Shown here: positions 22,498 to 35,282 of the stretch, piece by piece | Numbering within the stretch: the first letter of the stretch is position 1 | Layout: each line of letters starts with the position of its first letter | From: Nemertoderma westbladi | Taxonomy: Eukaryota; Animalia; Xenacoelomorpha | NCBI GenBank assembly: GCA_032718475.1 | Contig: JAUCBJ010000717.1 | Span: forward strand, 1-39,746 | Length of the DNA: 39,746 bases | Reading direction: 5' to 3' | The notes under the pieces: generated by a model | Told to the model about the DNA's origin: nothing | Databases searched by the model: none | What the model saw: only the letters and a program-made list of their open reading frames with translations | Program-made: the position numbers and the translations under genes

Positions 22498-25400
22498 AGA
22501 AGGGGAGAAGAATACAATATACAAGAGAATCTAGGAATTTATAGAAGGGGAGAAGAATACAATATACAAGATAATCTAGGAATTTATAGAAGGGGAGAAG
22601 AATACAATATACAAGAGAATCTAGGAATTTATAGAAGGGGAGAAGAATACAAATATACAAGAGAATCTAGGAATTTATAGAAGGGGAGAAGAATACAAAT
22701 ATACAAGAGAATCTAGGAATTTATAGAAGGGGAGAAGAATATACAAGAGAATCTAGGAATTTATAGAAGGGGAGAAGAATACAATATACAAGAGAATCTA
22801 GGAACTTATAGAAGGGGAGAAGAATATACAAGAGAATCTAGGAATTTATAGAAGGGGAGAAGAATACAATATACAAGAGAATCTAGGAATTTATAGAAGG
22901 GGAGAAGAATACAATATAGAAGAGAATCTAGGAATTTATAGAAGGGGAGAAGAATACAATATACAAGAGAATCTAGAAATTTATAGAAGGGGAGAAGAAT
23001 ACAATATACAAGAGAATCTAGGAATTTATAGAAGGGGAGAAGAATACAATATACAAGAGAATCAAGGAACTTATAGAAGGGGAGAAGAATATACAAGAGA
23101 ATCTAGGAATTTATAGAAGGGGAGAAGAATACAATATACAAGAGAATCTATGAATTTATAAAAGGGGAGAAGAATACAATATACAAGAGAATCTAGGAAT
23201 TTATAGAAGGGGAGAAGAATACAATATACAAGAGAATCTAGGAATTTATAGAAGGGGAGAAGAATACAATATACAAGAGAATCAAGGAACCTATAGAAGG
23301 GGAGAAGAATATACAAGAGAATCTAGGAATTTATAGAAGGGGAGAAGAATACAATATACAAGAGAATCTAGGAATTTATAAAAGGGGAGAAGAATACAAT
23401 ATACAAGAGAATCTAGGAATTGATAGAAGGGGAGAAGAATACAATATACAAGAGAATCTAGGAATTTATAGAAGGGGAGAAGAATACAATATACAAGAGA
23501 ATCTAGGAATTTATAGAAGGGGAGAAGAATACAATATACAAGAGAATCTAGGAATTTATAGAAGGGGAGAAGAATACAATATACAAGAGAATCTAGGAAT
23601 TTATAGAAGGGGAGAAGAATACAATATACAAGAGAATCTAGGAACTTATAGAAGGGGAGAAGAATATACAAGAGAATCTAGGAATTTATAGAAGGGTAGA
23701 AGAATACAATATACAAGATAATCTAGGAATTTATAGAAGAGGAGAAGAATACAATATACAAGAGAATCTAGGAACTTATAGAAGGGGAGAAGAATACAAT
23801 ATACAAGATAATCTAGGAATTTATAGAAGGGGAGAAGAATACAATATAGAAGAGAATCTAGGAATTTATAGAAGGGGAGAAGAATACAATATAGAAGAGA
23901 ATCTAGGAATTTATAGAAGGGGAGAAGAATACAATATACAAGAGAATCTAGGAACTTATAGAAGGGGAGAAGAATACAATATACAAGAGAATCTAGGAAT
24001 TTATAGAAGGGGAAAAGAATACAATATACAAGAGAATCTAGGAATTTATAGAAGGGGAGAAGAATACAATATAGAAGAGAATCTAGGAATTTATAGAAGG
24101 GGAGAAGAATACAATATAGAAGAGAATCTAGGAATTTATAGAAGGGGAGAAGAATACAATATACAAGAGAATCTAGGAACTTATAGAAGGGGAGAAGAAT
24201 ACAATTTACAAGAGAATCTAGGAACTTATAGAAGGGGAGAAGAATACAATATACAAGAGAATCTAGGAACTTATAGAAGGGGAGAAGAATATACAAGAGA
24301 ATCTAGGAATTTATAGAAGGGGAGAAGAATACAATATACAAGATAATCTAGGAATTTATAGAAGGGGAGAAGAATACAATATACAAGAGAATCTAGGAAC
24401 TTATAGAAGGGGAGAAGAATACAATATACAAGAGAATCTAGGAATTTATAGAAGGGGAGAAGAATACAATATACAAGAGAATCTAGGAACTTATAGAAGG
24501 GGAGAAGAATATACAAGAGAATCTAGGAATTTATAGAAGGGGAGAAGAATACAATATACAAGATAATCTAGGAATTTATAGAAGGGGAGAAGAATACAAT
24601 ATACAAGAGAATCTAGGAACTTATAGAAGGGGAGAAGAATACAATATACAAGATAATCTAGGAATTTATAGAAGGGGAGAAGAATACAATATACAAGAGA
24701 ATCTAGGAATTTATAGAAGGGGAGAAGAATACAATATACAAGAGAATCTAGGAATTTATAGAAGGGGAGAAGAATACAATATACAAGAGAATCTAGGAAT
24801 TTATAGAAGGGGAGAAGAATACAATATACAAGAGAATCTAGGAATTTATAGAAGGGGAAAAGAATACAATATACAAGAGAATCTAGGAATTTATAGAAGG
24901 GGAGAAGAATACAATATAGAAGAGAATCTAGGAATTTATAGAAGGGGAGAAGAATACAATATAGAAGAGAATCTAGGAATTTATAGAAGGGGAGAAGAAT
25001 ACAATATACAAGAGAATCTAGGAACTTATAGAAGGGGAGAAGAATACAATTTACAAGAGAATCTAGGAACTTATAGAAGGGGAGAAGAATATACACGAGA
25101 ATCTGAAGGATTTTGAAGGAATTTATAGAAGGGGAGAAGAATACAATATACAAGAGAATCTAGGAACTTATAGAAGGGGAGAAGAATACAATTTACAAGA
25201 GAATCTAGGAACTTATAGAAGGGGAGAAGAATATACACGAGAATCTGAAGGATTTTGAAGGAATTTATAGAAGGGGAGAAGAATACAATATACAAGAGAA
25301 TCTAGGAACTTATAGAAGGGGAGAAGAATACAATATACAAGAGAATCTAGGAATTTATAGAAGAGGAGAAGAATACAATATACAAGAGAATCTAGGAATT

Positions 25401-28400
25401 TATAGAAGGGGAGAAGAATACAATATACAAGAGAATCTAGGAATTTATAGAAGGGGAGAAGAATACAATATACAAGAGAATCTAGGAATTTATAGAAGGG
25501 GAGAAGAATACAATATACAAGAGAATCTAGGAATTTATAGAAGGGGAGAAGAATACAATATACAAGAGAATCTAGGAATTTATAGAAGGGGAGAAGAATA
25601 CAATATACAAGAGAATCTAGGAATTTATAGAAGGGGAGAAGAATACAATATACAAGAGAATCTAGGAATTTATAGAAGGGGAGAAGAATACAATATACAA
25701 GAGAATCTAGGAATTTATAGAAGGGGAGAAGAATACAATATACAAGAGAATCTAGGAATTTATAGAAGGGGAGAAGAATACAATATACAAGAGAATCTAG
25801 GAATTTATAGAAGGGGAGAAGAATACAATATACAAGAGAATCTAGGAATTTATAGAAGGGGAGAAGAATACAATATACAAGAGAATCTAGGAATTTATAG
25901 AAGGGGAGAAGAATACAATATACAAGAGAATCTAGGAATTTATAGAAGGGGAGAAGAATACAATATACAAGAGAATCTAGGAATTTATAGAAGGGGAGAA
26001 GAATACAATATACAAGAGAATCTAGGAATTTATAGAAGGGGAGAAGAATACAATATACAAGAGAATCTAGGAATTTATAGAAGGGGAGAAGAATACAATA
26101 TACAAGATAATCTAGGAATTTATAGAAGGGGAGAAGAATACAATATACAAGAGAATCTAGGAATTTATAGAAGGGAAGAAGAATACAATATACAAGATAA
26201 TCTAGGAATTTATAGAAGGGGAGAAGAATACAATATACAAGAGAATCTAGGAATTTATAGAAGGGGAGAAGAATACAATATACAAGAGAATCTAGGAATT
26301 TATAGAAGGGGAGAAGAATACAATATACAAGAGAATCTAGGAATTTATAGAAGGGGAGAAGAATACAATATACAAGAGAATCTAGGAATTTATAGAAGGG
26401 GAGAAGAATACAATATACAAGAGAATCTAGGAATTTATAGAAGGGGAGAAGAATACAATATACAAGATAATCTAGGAATTTATAGAAGGGAAGAAGAATA
26501 CAATATACAAGAGAATCTAGGAATTTATAGAAGGGGAGAAGAATACAATATACAAGAGAATCTAGGAATTTATAGAAGGGAAGAAGAATACAATATACAA
26601 GAGAATCTAGGAATTTATAGAAGGGGAGAAGAATACAATATACAAGAGAATCTAGGAATTTATAGAAGGGAAGAATAATACAATATACAAGAGAATGTAG
26701 GAATTTATAGAAGGGGAGAAGAATACAATATACAAGATAATCTAGGAATTTATAGAAGGGGAGAAGAATACAATATACAAGAGAATCTAGGAATTTATAG
26801 AAGGGGAGAAGAATACAATATACAAGAGAATCTAGGAATTTATAGAAGGGGAGAAGAATACAATATACAAGAGAATCTAGGAATTTATAGAAGGGGAGAA
26901 GAATACAATATACAAGAGAATCTAGGAATTTATAGAAGGGGAGAAGAATACAATATACAAGAGAATCTAGGAATTTATAGAAGGGGAGAAGAATACAATA
27001 TACAAGAGAATCTAGGAATTTATAGAAGGGGAGAAGAATACAATATACAAGAGAATCTAGGAATTTATAGAAGGGGAGAAGAATACAATATACAAGATAA
27101 TCTAGGAATTTATAGAAGGGAAGAATAATACAATATACAAGAGAATGTAGGAATTTATAGAAGGGGAGAAGAATACAATATACAAGAGAATCTAGGAATT
27201 TATAGAAGGGAAGAATAATACAATATACAAGAGAATCTAGGAATTTATAGAAGGGGAGAAGAATACAATATACAAGAGAATCTAGGAATTTATAGAAGGG
27301 AAGAATAATACAATATACAAGAGAATGTAGGAATTTATAGAAGGGGAGAAGAATACAATATACAAGAGAATCTAGGAATTTATAGAAGGGAAGAATAATA
27401 CAATATACAAGAGAATCTAGGAATTTATAGAAGGGGAGAAGAATACAATATACAAGAGAATCTAGGAATTTATAGAAGGGGAGAAGAATACAATATACAA
27501 GAGAATCTAGGAATTTATAGAAGGGGAGAAGAATACAATATAGAAGAGAATCTAGGAATTTATAGAAGGGGAGAAGAATATACAAGAGAATCTAGGAATT
27601 TATAGAAGGGGAGAAGAATACAATATACAAGAGAATCTAGGAATTTATAGAAGGGGAGAAGAATACAATATACAAGAGAATCTAAGAATTTATAGAAGGG
27701 GAGAAGAATACAATATACAAGAGAATCTAGGAATTTATAGAAGGGGAGAAGAATACAATATACAAGAGAATCTAAGAATTTATAGAAGGGGAGAAGAATA
27801 CAATATACAAGATAATCTAGGAATTTATAGAAGGGGAGAAGAATACAATATACAAGAGAATCTAGGAATTTATAGAAGGGAAGAATAATACAATATACAA
27901 GAGAATGTAGGAATTTATAGAAGGGGAGAAGAATACAATATACAAGAGAATCTAGGAATTTATAGAAAGGGAGAAGAATACAATATACAAGATAATCTAG
28001 GAATTTATAGAAGGGGAGAAGAATACAATATACAAGATAATCTAGGAATTTATAGAAGGGGGGAAGAATACAATATAGAAGAGAATCTAGGAATTTATAG
28101 AAGGGGAGAAGAATACAATATACAAGAGAATTTAGGAACTTATAGAAGGGGAGAAGAATACAATATACAAGAGAATCTAAGAATTTATAGAAGGGGAGAA
28201 GAATACAATATACAAGATAATCTAGGAATTTATAGAAGGGGAGAAGAATACAATATACAAGAGAATCTAGGAATTTATAGAAGGGAAGAAGAATACAATA
28301 TACAAGAGAATCTAGGAATTTATAGAAGGGGAGAAGAATACAATATACAAGAGAATCTAAGAATTTATAGAAGGGGAGAAGAATACAATATACAAGATAA

Positions 28401-31400
28401 TCTAGGAATTTATAGAAGGGGAGAAGAATACAATATACAAGAGAATCTAGGAATTTATAGAAGGGAAGAATAATACAATATACAAGAGAATGTAGGAATT
28501 TATAGAAGGGGAGAAGAATACAATATACAAGAGAATCTAGGAATTTATAGAAAGGGAGAAGAATACAATATACAAGATAATCTAGGAATTTATAGAAGGG
28601 GAGAAGAATACAATATACAAGATAATCTAGGAATTTATAGAAGGGGGGAAGAATACAATATAGAAGAGAATCTAGGAATTTATAGAAGGGGAGAAGAATA
28701 CAATATACAAGAGAATTTAGGAACTTATAGAAGGGGAGAAGAATACAATATACAAGAGAATCTAGGAATTTATAGAAGGGGAGAAGAATACAATATAGAA
28801 GAGAATCTAGGAATTTATAGAAGGGGAGAAGAATACAATATACAAGAGAATCAAGGAACTTATAGAAGGGGAGAAGAATACAATATACAAGAGAATCTAA
28901 GAATTTATAGAAGGGGAGAAGAATACAATATACAAGAGAATCTAAGAATTTATAGAAGGGGAGAAGAATACAATATACAAGAGAATCTAGGAATTTATAG
29001 AAGGGGAGAAGAATACAATATACAAGAGAATCTAGGAATTTATAGAAGGGGAGAAGAATACAATATACAAGAGAATCTAGGAATTTATAGAAGGGGAGAA
29101 GAATATACAAGAGAATCTAGGAATTTAAAGAAGGGGAGAAGAATACAATATACAAGAGAATCTAAGAATTTATAGAAGGGGAGAAGAATACAATATAGAA
29201 GAGAATCTAGGAATTTATAGAAGGGGAGAAGAATGCAATATAGAAGAGAATCTAGGAATTTGTAGAAGGGGAGAAGAATACAATATACAAGAGAATCTAG
29301 GAATTTATAGAAGGGGAGAAGAATACAATATACAAGAGAATCTAGGAACTTATAGAAGGGGAGAAGAATACAATATACAAGAGAATCTAGGAATTTATAG
29401 AAGGGGAGAAGAATACAATATACAAGAGAATGTAGGAATTTATAGAAGGGGAGAAGAATACAATATAGAAGAGAATCTAGGAATTTATAGAAGGGGAGAA
29501 GAATACAATATACAAGAGAATCTAGGAACTTATAGAAGGGGAGAAGAATACAATATACAAGAGAATCTAAGAATTTATAGAAGGGGAGAAGAATACAATA
29601 TACAAGAGAATCTAGGAACTTATAGAAGGGGAGAAGAATACAATATACAAGAGAATCTAGGAATTTATAGAAGGGGAGAAGAATACAATATACAAGAGAA
29701 TGTAGGAATTTATAGAAGGGGAGAAGAATACAATATAGAAGAGAATCTAGGAATTTATAGAAGGGGAGAAGAATACAATATACAAGAGAATCTAGGAACT
29801 TATAGAAGGGGAGAAGAATACAATATACAAGAGAATCTAGGAATTTATAGAAGGGGAGAAGAATACAATATACAAGAGAATCTAGGAATTTATAGAAGGG
29901 GAGAAGAATACAATATACAAGAGAATCTAGGAATTTATAGAAGGGGAGAAGAATACAATATACAAGATAATCTAGGAATTTATAGAAGGGGAGAAGAATA
30001 CAATATACAAGAGAATCTAGGAATTTATAGAAGGGGAGAAGAATACAATATAGAAGAGAATCTAGGAATTTGTAGAAGGGGAGAAGAATACAATATACAA
30101 GAGAATCTAGGAATTTATAGAAGGGGAGAAGAATACAATATACAAGAGAATCTAGGAATTTATAGAAGGGGAGAAGAATATACAAGAGAATCTAGGAATT
30201 TATAGAAGGGGAGAAGAATACAATATACAAGAGAATCTAGGAATTTATAGAAGGGGAGAAGAATATACAAGAGAATCTAGGAATTTATAGAAGGGGAGAA
30301 GAATACAATATACAAGAGAATCTAGGAATTTATAGAAGGGGAGAAGAATATACAAGAGAATCTAGGAATTTATAGAAGGGGAGAAGAATACAATATAGAA
30401 GAGAATCTAGGAATTTGTAGAAGGGGAGAAGAATACAATATACAAGAGAATCTAGGAATTTATAGAAGGGGAGAAGAATACAATATACAAGAGAATCTAG
30501 GAATTTATAGAAGGGGAGAAGAATATACAAGAGAATCTAGGAATTTATAGAAGGGGAGAAGAATACAATATACAAGAGAATCTAGGAATTTATAGAAGGG
30601 GAGAAGAATATACAAGAGAATCTAGGAATTTATAGAAGGGGAGAAGAATACAATATACAAGAGAATCTAGGAATTTATAGAAGGGGAGAAGAATACAATA
30701 TACAAGAGAATCTAGGAATTTATAGAAGGGGAGAAGAATATACAAGAGAATCTAGGAATTTAAAGAAGGGGAGAAGAATACAATATACAAGAGAATCTAA
30801 GAATTTATAGAAGGGGAGAAGAATACAATATAGAAGAGAATCTAGGAATTTATAGAAGGGGAGAAGAATGCAATATAGAAGAGAATCTAGGAATTTATAG
30901 AAGGGGAGAAGAATATACAAGAGAATCTAGGAATTTAAAGAAGGGGAGAAGAATACAATATACAAGAGAATCTAAGAATTTATAGAAGGGGAGAAGAATA
31001 CAATATACAAGAGAATCTAGGAATTTATAGAAGGGGAGAAGAATACAATATACAAGATAATCTAGGAATTTATAGAAGGGGAGAAGAATACAATATACAA
31101 GAGAATCTAGGAATTTATAGAAGGGGAGAAGAATACAATATAGAAGAGAATCTAGGAATTTGTAGAAGGGGAGAAGAATACAATATACAAGAGAATCTAG
31201 GAATTTATAGAAGGGGAGAAGAATACAATATACAAGAGAATCTAGGAATTTATAGAAGGGGAGAAGAATACAATATACAAGAGAATCTAGGAATTTATAG
31301 AAGGGGAGAAGAATATACAAGAGAATCTAGGAATTTAAAGAAGGGGAGAAGAATACAATATACAAGAGAATCTAAGAATTTATAGAAGGGGAGAAGAATA

Positions 31401-32329
31401 CAATATAGAAGAGAATCTAGGAATTTATAGAAGGGGAGAAGAATGCAATATAGAAGAGAATCTAGGAATTTGTAGAAGGGGAGAAGAATACAATATACAA
31501 GAGAATCTAGGAATTTATAGAAGGGGAGAAGAATACAATATACAAGAGAATCTAGGAACTTATAGAAGGGGAGAAGAATACAATATACAAGAGAATCTAG
31601 GAATTTATAGAAGGGGAGAAGAATACAATATACAAGAGAATGTAGGAATTTATAGAAGGGGAGAAGAATACAATATAGAAGAGAATCTAGGAATTTATAG
31701 AAGGGGAGAAGAATACAATATACAAGAGAATCTAGGAACTTATAGAAGGGGAGAAGAATACAATATACAAGAGAATCTAAGAATTTATAGAAGGGGAGAA
31801 GAATACAATATACAAGAGAATCTAGGAACTTATAGAAGGGGAGAAGAATACAATATACAAGAGAATCTAGGAATTTATAGAAGGGGAGAAGAATACAATA
31901 TACAAGAGAATGTAGGAATTTATAGAAGGGGAGAAGAATACAATATAGAAGAGAATCTAGGAATTTATAGAAGGGGAGAAGAATACAATATACAAGAGAA
32001 TCTAGGAACTTATAGAAGGGGAGAAGAATACAATATACAAGAGAATCTAGGAATTTATAGAAGGGGAGAAGAATACAATATACAAGAGAATCTAGGAATT
32101 TATAGAAGGGGAGAAGAATACAATATACAAGAGAATCTAGGAATTTATAGAAGGGGAGAAGAATACAATATACAAGAGAATCTAGGAATTTATAGAAGGG
32201 GAGAAGAATACAATATACAAGAGAATCTAGGAATTTATAGAAGGGGAGAAGAATACAATATACAAGATAATCTAGGAATTTATAGAAGGGGAGAAGAATA
32301 CAATATACAAGATAATCTAGGAATTTATA
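22497..32329 (+). repeat. Satellite C, 45-bp unit TAGAAGGGGAGAAGAATACAATATACAAGAGAATCTAGGAATTTA (40-bp deletion variant), about 220 units
   Basis: Direct reading; purine-rich strand; internal higher-order duplications. Confidence 0.98.
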
Positions 32330-32371
32330 TTGTAATCGAATGAGTTTAAAATTGAATTGGCTACGATATAT

Positions 32372-32377
32372 TTTATT
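32372..32377 (-). terminator. Candidate AATAAA polyadenylation signal of the USP6NL-like gene
   Basis: TTTATT on the plus strand about 310 bp after the stop. Another candidate lies at 32571; the context is AT-rich. Confidence 0.35.
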
Positions 32378-32686
32378 GTCTCTTGACTGTGTAATGTAGC
32401 GGCCCGGACGTAACGTAACAGACGAGGAAGAAGATAAAAAAAATAGGAATATTTTACATCAATTCATAATGACAGATGAATCAATCCAAATATCTATCTA
32501 TACACTAAATTTGTGACGCTTTAAACGCCAATGAATATATTTAAACACCCAGATATAATATCGAAATAAATTTATTATATACCTAAAATTTGTTAACTAA
32601 AATAATAAAAATTGTAGTTAAAAGCGGCATGCGGGCAGCAACATGACTAGAGCAATGGTGGCTATACTGGCGTCAATGTAACGCAG

Positions 32687-34993
32687 TTATAGTAGCACTT
32701 CAGTGCGGGAGGAATTACCGACAGGGCGAAACGGCGACGGAGGGTCAGGGAGAATGGGAAGGGCTTTATTAGTGTCACTGTTGGGAGGAGGAGGGGCGGG
32801 GGGAGACCCGGTGTACGGGAGGCGGTGCAACGCCGCCCTATCCGAGCCGGCGAGCCGCGAGGAGTCCGGCCGCGGACTGGTCCGACTCGGGGGGTTCCTC
32901 GGGGGCAGGTTGGGCCCGGACCCGGAGCTGGTGATGCTGCCAGCTCGCTGAGTCCGGCGGTACGTGTTGGCGGGGGACGGACTGATGTAGCCCTCCAGCG
33001 GCGGCGCCACCACGCTGGTGGACTGGCGGCGCCAGACCCCGGATGTCTCCAGTTCGTCGTTTAACGCCCCTTGCGGGTCGAACGTCGACGTCGGATTCAT
33101 GTTGGGGGCGGAGATCCGGTTGGGGTTGGCGGCGCCTCGCGGTCGCGACTTGGCGGGTTCCGTGTCCGCCCGGACCCGGTCCGACGGCGGCACAGAGTAG
33201 CGGTTGGATCGCGAGTTACCCGGGACGCTGCCTTCCCCGACCACAGTGCGAGAGGCGTCGGCGAAGGGGGAGAGCGAGGGTGGGACGGTGGGGACCACCC
33301 AGAGGGGGACGCTGGATGGACGAACCGGGTGGAACGCGGTGGAGTGCAGGTCCGATACGATGTGGGTGGGCGGGGTAGACCCGCGGGTCGGTGTGGTAGA
33401 CCCGCGGGTCGGTGTGGCAGACCCGCGGGTCGGTGTGGCAGACCCGCGGGGCGGTGCATCCCCCGCCAACGTCGCCACGCTCCCTTCCAACGACCCGGGG
33501 ACCCCAACCAAACTCCCCTTCGGGGTTTCCGTGTGGTTCGAATTGGAACTAAGGTCGTCTATACTGGTACACGGTAGAGGCAGACTATCGATGGATTCCC
33601 GGTAGCTGCTGTCGGTAGTCACGGAACTACCCCCGTCCACGCCGACGTCTACAATGTAACTATCGCTACGGGAACTGCGTTGGTCCGTCGACATACTGTC
33701 CGTCTGTCTGTGAATCCGTGAGTCGGTTGAGAGGGAGTTCCCTATGGGTCTGTAGGTCCCAATCCCCGGCACTATGCCGCCGTCCGCTCGACTGATGCTG
33801 TTACGCGATCGGCCCCCTCGCAGACGTGGGAATTCCTTCGCCGTGGCTCGGGGCGGCAGATGCAACTTCTTCCCGATCAGCTCGGCCATGCAGTTGCGCA
33901 ACTCCTCGATAGCGAGGTCGTCGGTGCAACCGAAATCCCGAGCGATCTTATCCTGAAGGTAACTCCAGATGTTATCCGAGGAGAGCCGCAGTAAATGCCG
34001 TCTGTGCATCTTTAGTATGCAGTAGGACATGGATACCAGCAGACGGTCTCCTTCCAGCATGTAAATATCCCACAATCGGAGCGCCAATGAGAAGGGAACT
34101 CGGTTGAGGAAACAGTTAAAGAACCACGGAGTGGAGAACAGGTTCGCTTTGATGTCGTTCTTGTCCATGTGTTTGAAGAGTTTTGGTATCATCTTCTTGA
34201 TGATGTGGTCGAGATGGCTCTGGAAGCGTACGAGTTTGGGGAGTCCTTCCACGAAGAAACCGTGCATACCGTGAATTCTGCTGTCGGTGAACAGGGCGCT
34301 CAAGGCCCAGAAGATGTCCTCCTCGCCGTGCACGTAGATGGCCATCAACGCGACGACCGCGCTCATCCCCTGGCAGTAGGCGACCTCCTCGTTGAACACC
34401 GAGTAGGCCGTGAGCACGTTGAATATAATCTGCTGCCGACTGCCGTAGCGATCCCGGTACATGTGGTGGGTGGGGAAGGTGCGGTGGATGTCCACGTCAA
34501 TCTGTCGGACCACCGCGGGATCCTGTCCCCGCGCGCGATTCTTCATCCGCTGATAAAGACCCGGACTCTCCAGTTTCTTAGTCTCCGTATCTAACAGTAG
34601 CAACCAAGCGGAACCACGAAGAGCGTTAGGAATCCCCTTGTAAATACGATTTTTTAATTTATCAGAATTCTTAAATTTAGGCCAGTTGTCTGGTCGTAAC
34701 ATTTTACACCATTTCTGGACTCTTCTCGTAACCTCGTTGGCTTTCGTTTTAGAGTCTCTCCCGTTGTATATCGGGCTGGAGGTTTCGGGCTTCAGCAGAA
34801 ATCCGTGCTCGTCTATCTTACTCGCTTCTTTCTCTATCTCGTTGATCTCGAGATCGACCTCGTACGGATCCATTCGGCTCCCGGTACGACCTCGATCGTA
34901 TCGCCCAAACGTGGCATCGCGTTCTGCTACGTGCTCCGCCTTGTAGACCTCCCTGTCGGAGTCGGAGTAGTTAGATGACTGCGACGGGTGCAT
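32687..34993 (-). CDS. USP6NL: USP6 N-terminal-like / RN-tre TBC-domain RabGAP, 768 aa, uninterrupted CDS
   Basis: RYDRGR..DEHGFL, RIYKGIPNALRG, Arg finger QIDVDIHRTF, Gln finger YCQGMS, HGMHGFFVEGLPKLVRFQ, LRLWDIYMLEG, LPP...EFP, Pro-rich tail. First ATG at 34993; the ORF-track start at 35002 is GTG. Confidence 0.88.
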   Translation of the reverse strand: MHPSQSSNYSDSDREVYKAEHVAERDATFGRYDRGRTGSRMDPYEVDLEINEIEKEASKIDEHGFLLKPETSSPIYNGRDSKTKANEVTRRVQKWCKMLRPDNWPKFKNSDKLKNRIYKGIPNALRGSAWLLLLDTETKKLESPGLYQRMKNRARGQDPAVVRQIDVDIHRTFPTHHMYRDRYGSRQQIIFNVLTAYSVFNEEVAYCQGMSAVVALMAIYVHGEEDIFWALSALFTDSRIHGMHGFFVEGLPKLVRFQSHLDHIIKKMIPKLFKHMDKNDIKANLFSTPWFFNCFLNRVPFSLALRLWDIYMLEGDRLLVSMSYCILKMHRRHLLRLSSDNIWSYLQDKIARDFGCTDDLAIEELRNCMAELIGKKLHLPPRATAKEFPRLRGGRSRNSISRADGGIVPGIGTYRPIGNSLSTDSRIHRQTDSMSTDQRSSRSDSYIVDVGVDGGSSVTTDSSYRESIDSLPLPCTSIDDLSSNSNHTETPKGSLVGVPGSLEGSVATLAGDAPPRGSATPTRGSATPTRGSTTPTRGSTPPTHIVSDLHSTAFHPVRPSSVPLWVVPTVPPSLSPFADASRTVVGEGSVPGNSRSNRYSVPPSDRVRADTEPAKSRPRGAANPNRISAPNMNPTSTFDPQGALNDELETSGVWRRQSTSVVAPPLEGYISPSPANTYRRTQRAGSITSSGSGPNLPPRNPPSRTSPRPDSSRLAGSDRAALHRLPYTGSPPAPPPPNSDTNKALPILPDPPSPFRPVGNSSRTEVLL
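33374..33450 (-). repeat. Coding minisatellite, 21-bp x about 4 (RGSATPT)
   Basis: AGACCCGCGGGTCGGTGTGG repeated in frame. Confidence 0.9.
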
Positions 34994-35282
34994 TTTCGCC
35001 ACAATAGTTGGTGGGAGGATAACCGCTTAGCAGATTAGAAAAGAAAACAAGCATAGCTTCGGATATCATATATTAATATTAAACTTAAACATAATTGCAA
35101 ATCCCAAATACAAATTACCGGTACTGAACTAACAAGATGTATAAGATTGACTATGAATCCTACGGAGACAGCTACAATGTAGCCCAATGTTGCCGTTACA
35201 GGGTTAGGCTCTGCTGCCTAATTATTTATACTGCCTAATTCAGTAATTCTGTATCGGTACGGTACAACATGTTAAAGGACAT

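Noticed and set aside
19950-22520. Target-site duplication around RTE copy 1
   Set aside because: Flanks do not match; the 5' side is directly replaced by satellite C.
22806-31320. Long ORFs (up to 790 aa) of YKFLDSLVYCILLPF repeats
   Set aside because: Artefact of a 45-bp unit lacking a stop in one frame; broken by every 40-bp variant; starts are non-ATG.
34994-35002. ORF-track start of the USP6NL-like gene at 35002
   Set aside because: It is GTG; the ATG three codons downstream (AAAATG) is the plausible eukaryotic start.
35198-35210. Telomere-like GGGTTAGG
   Set aside because: Single unit, expected by chance.
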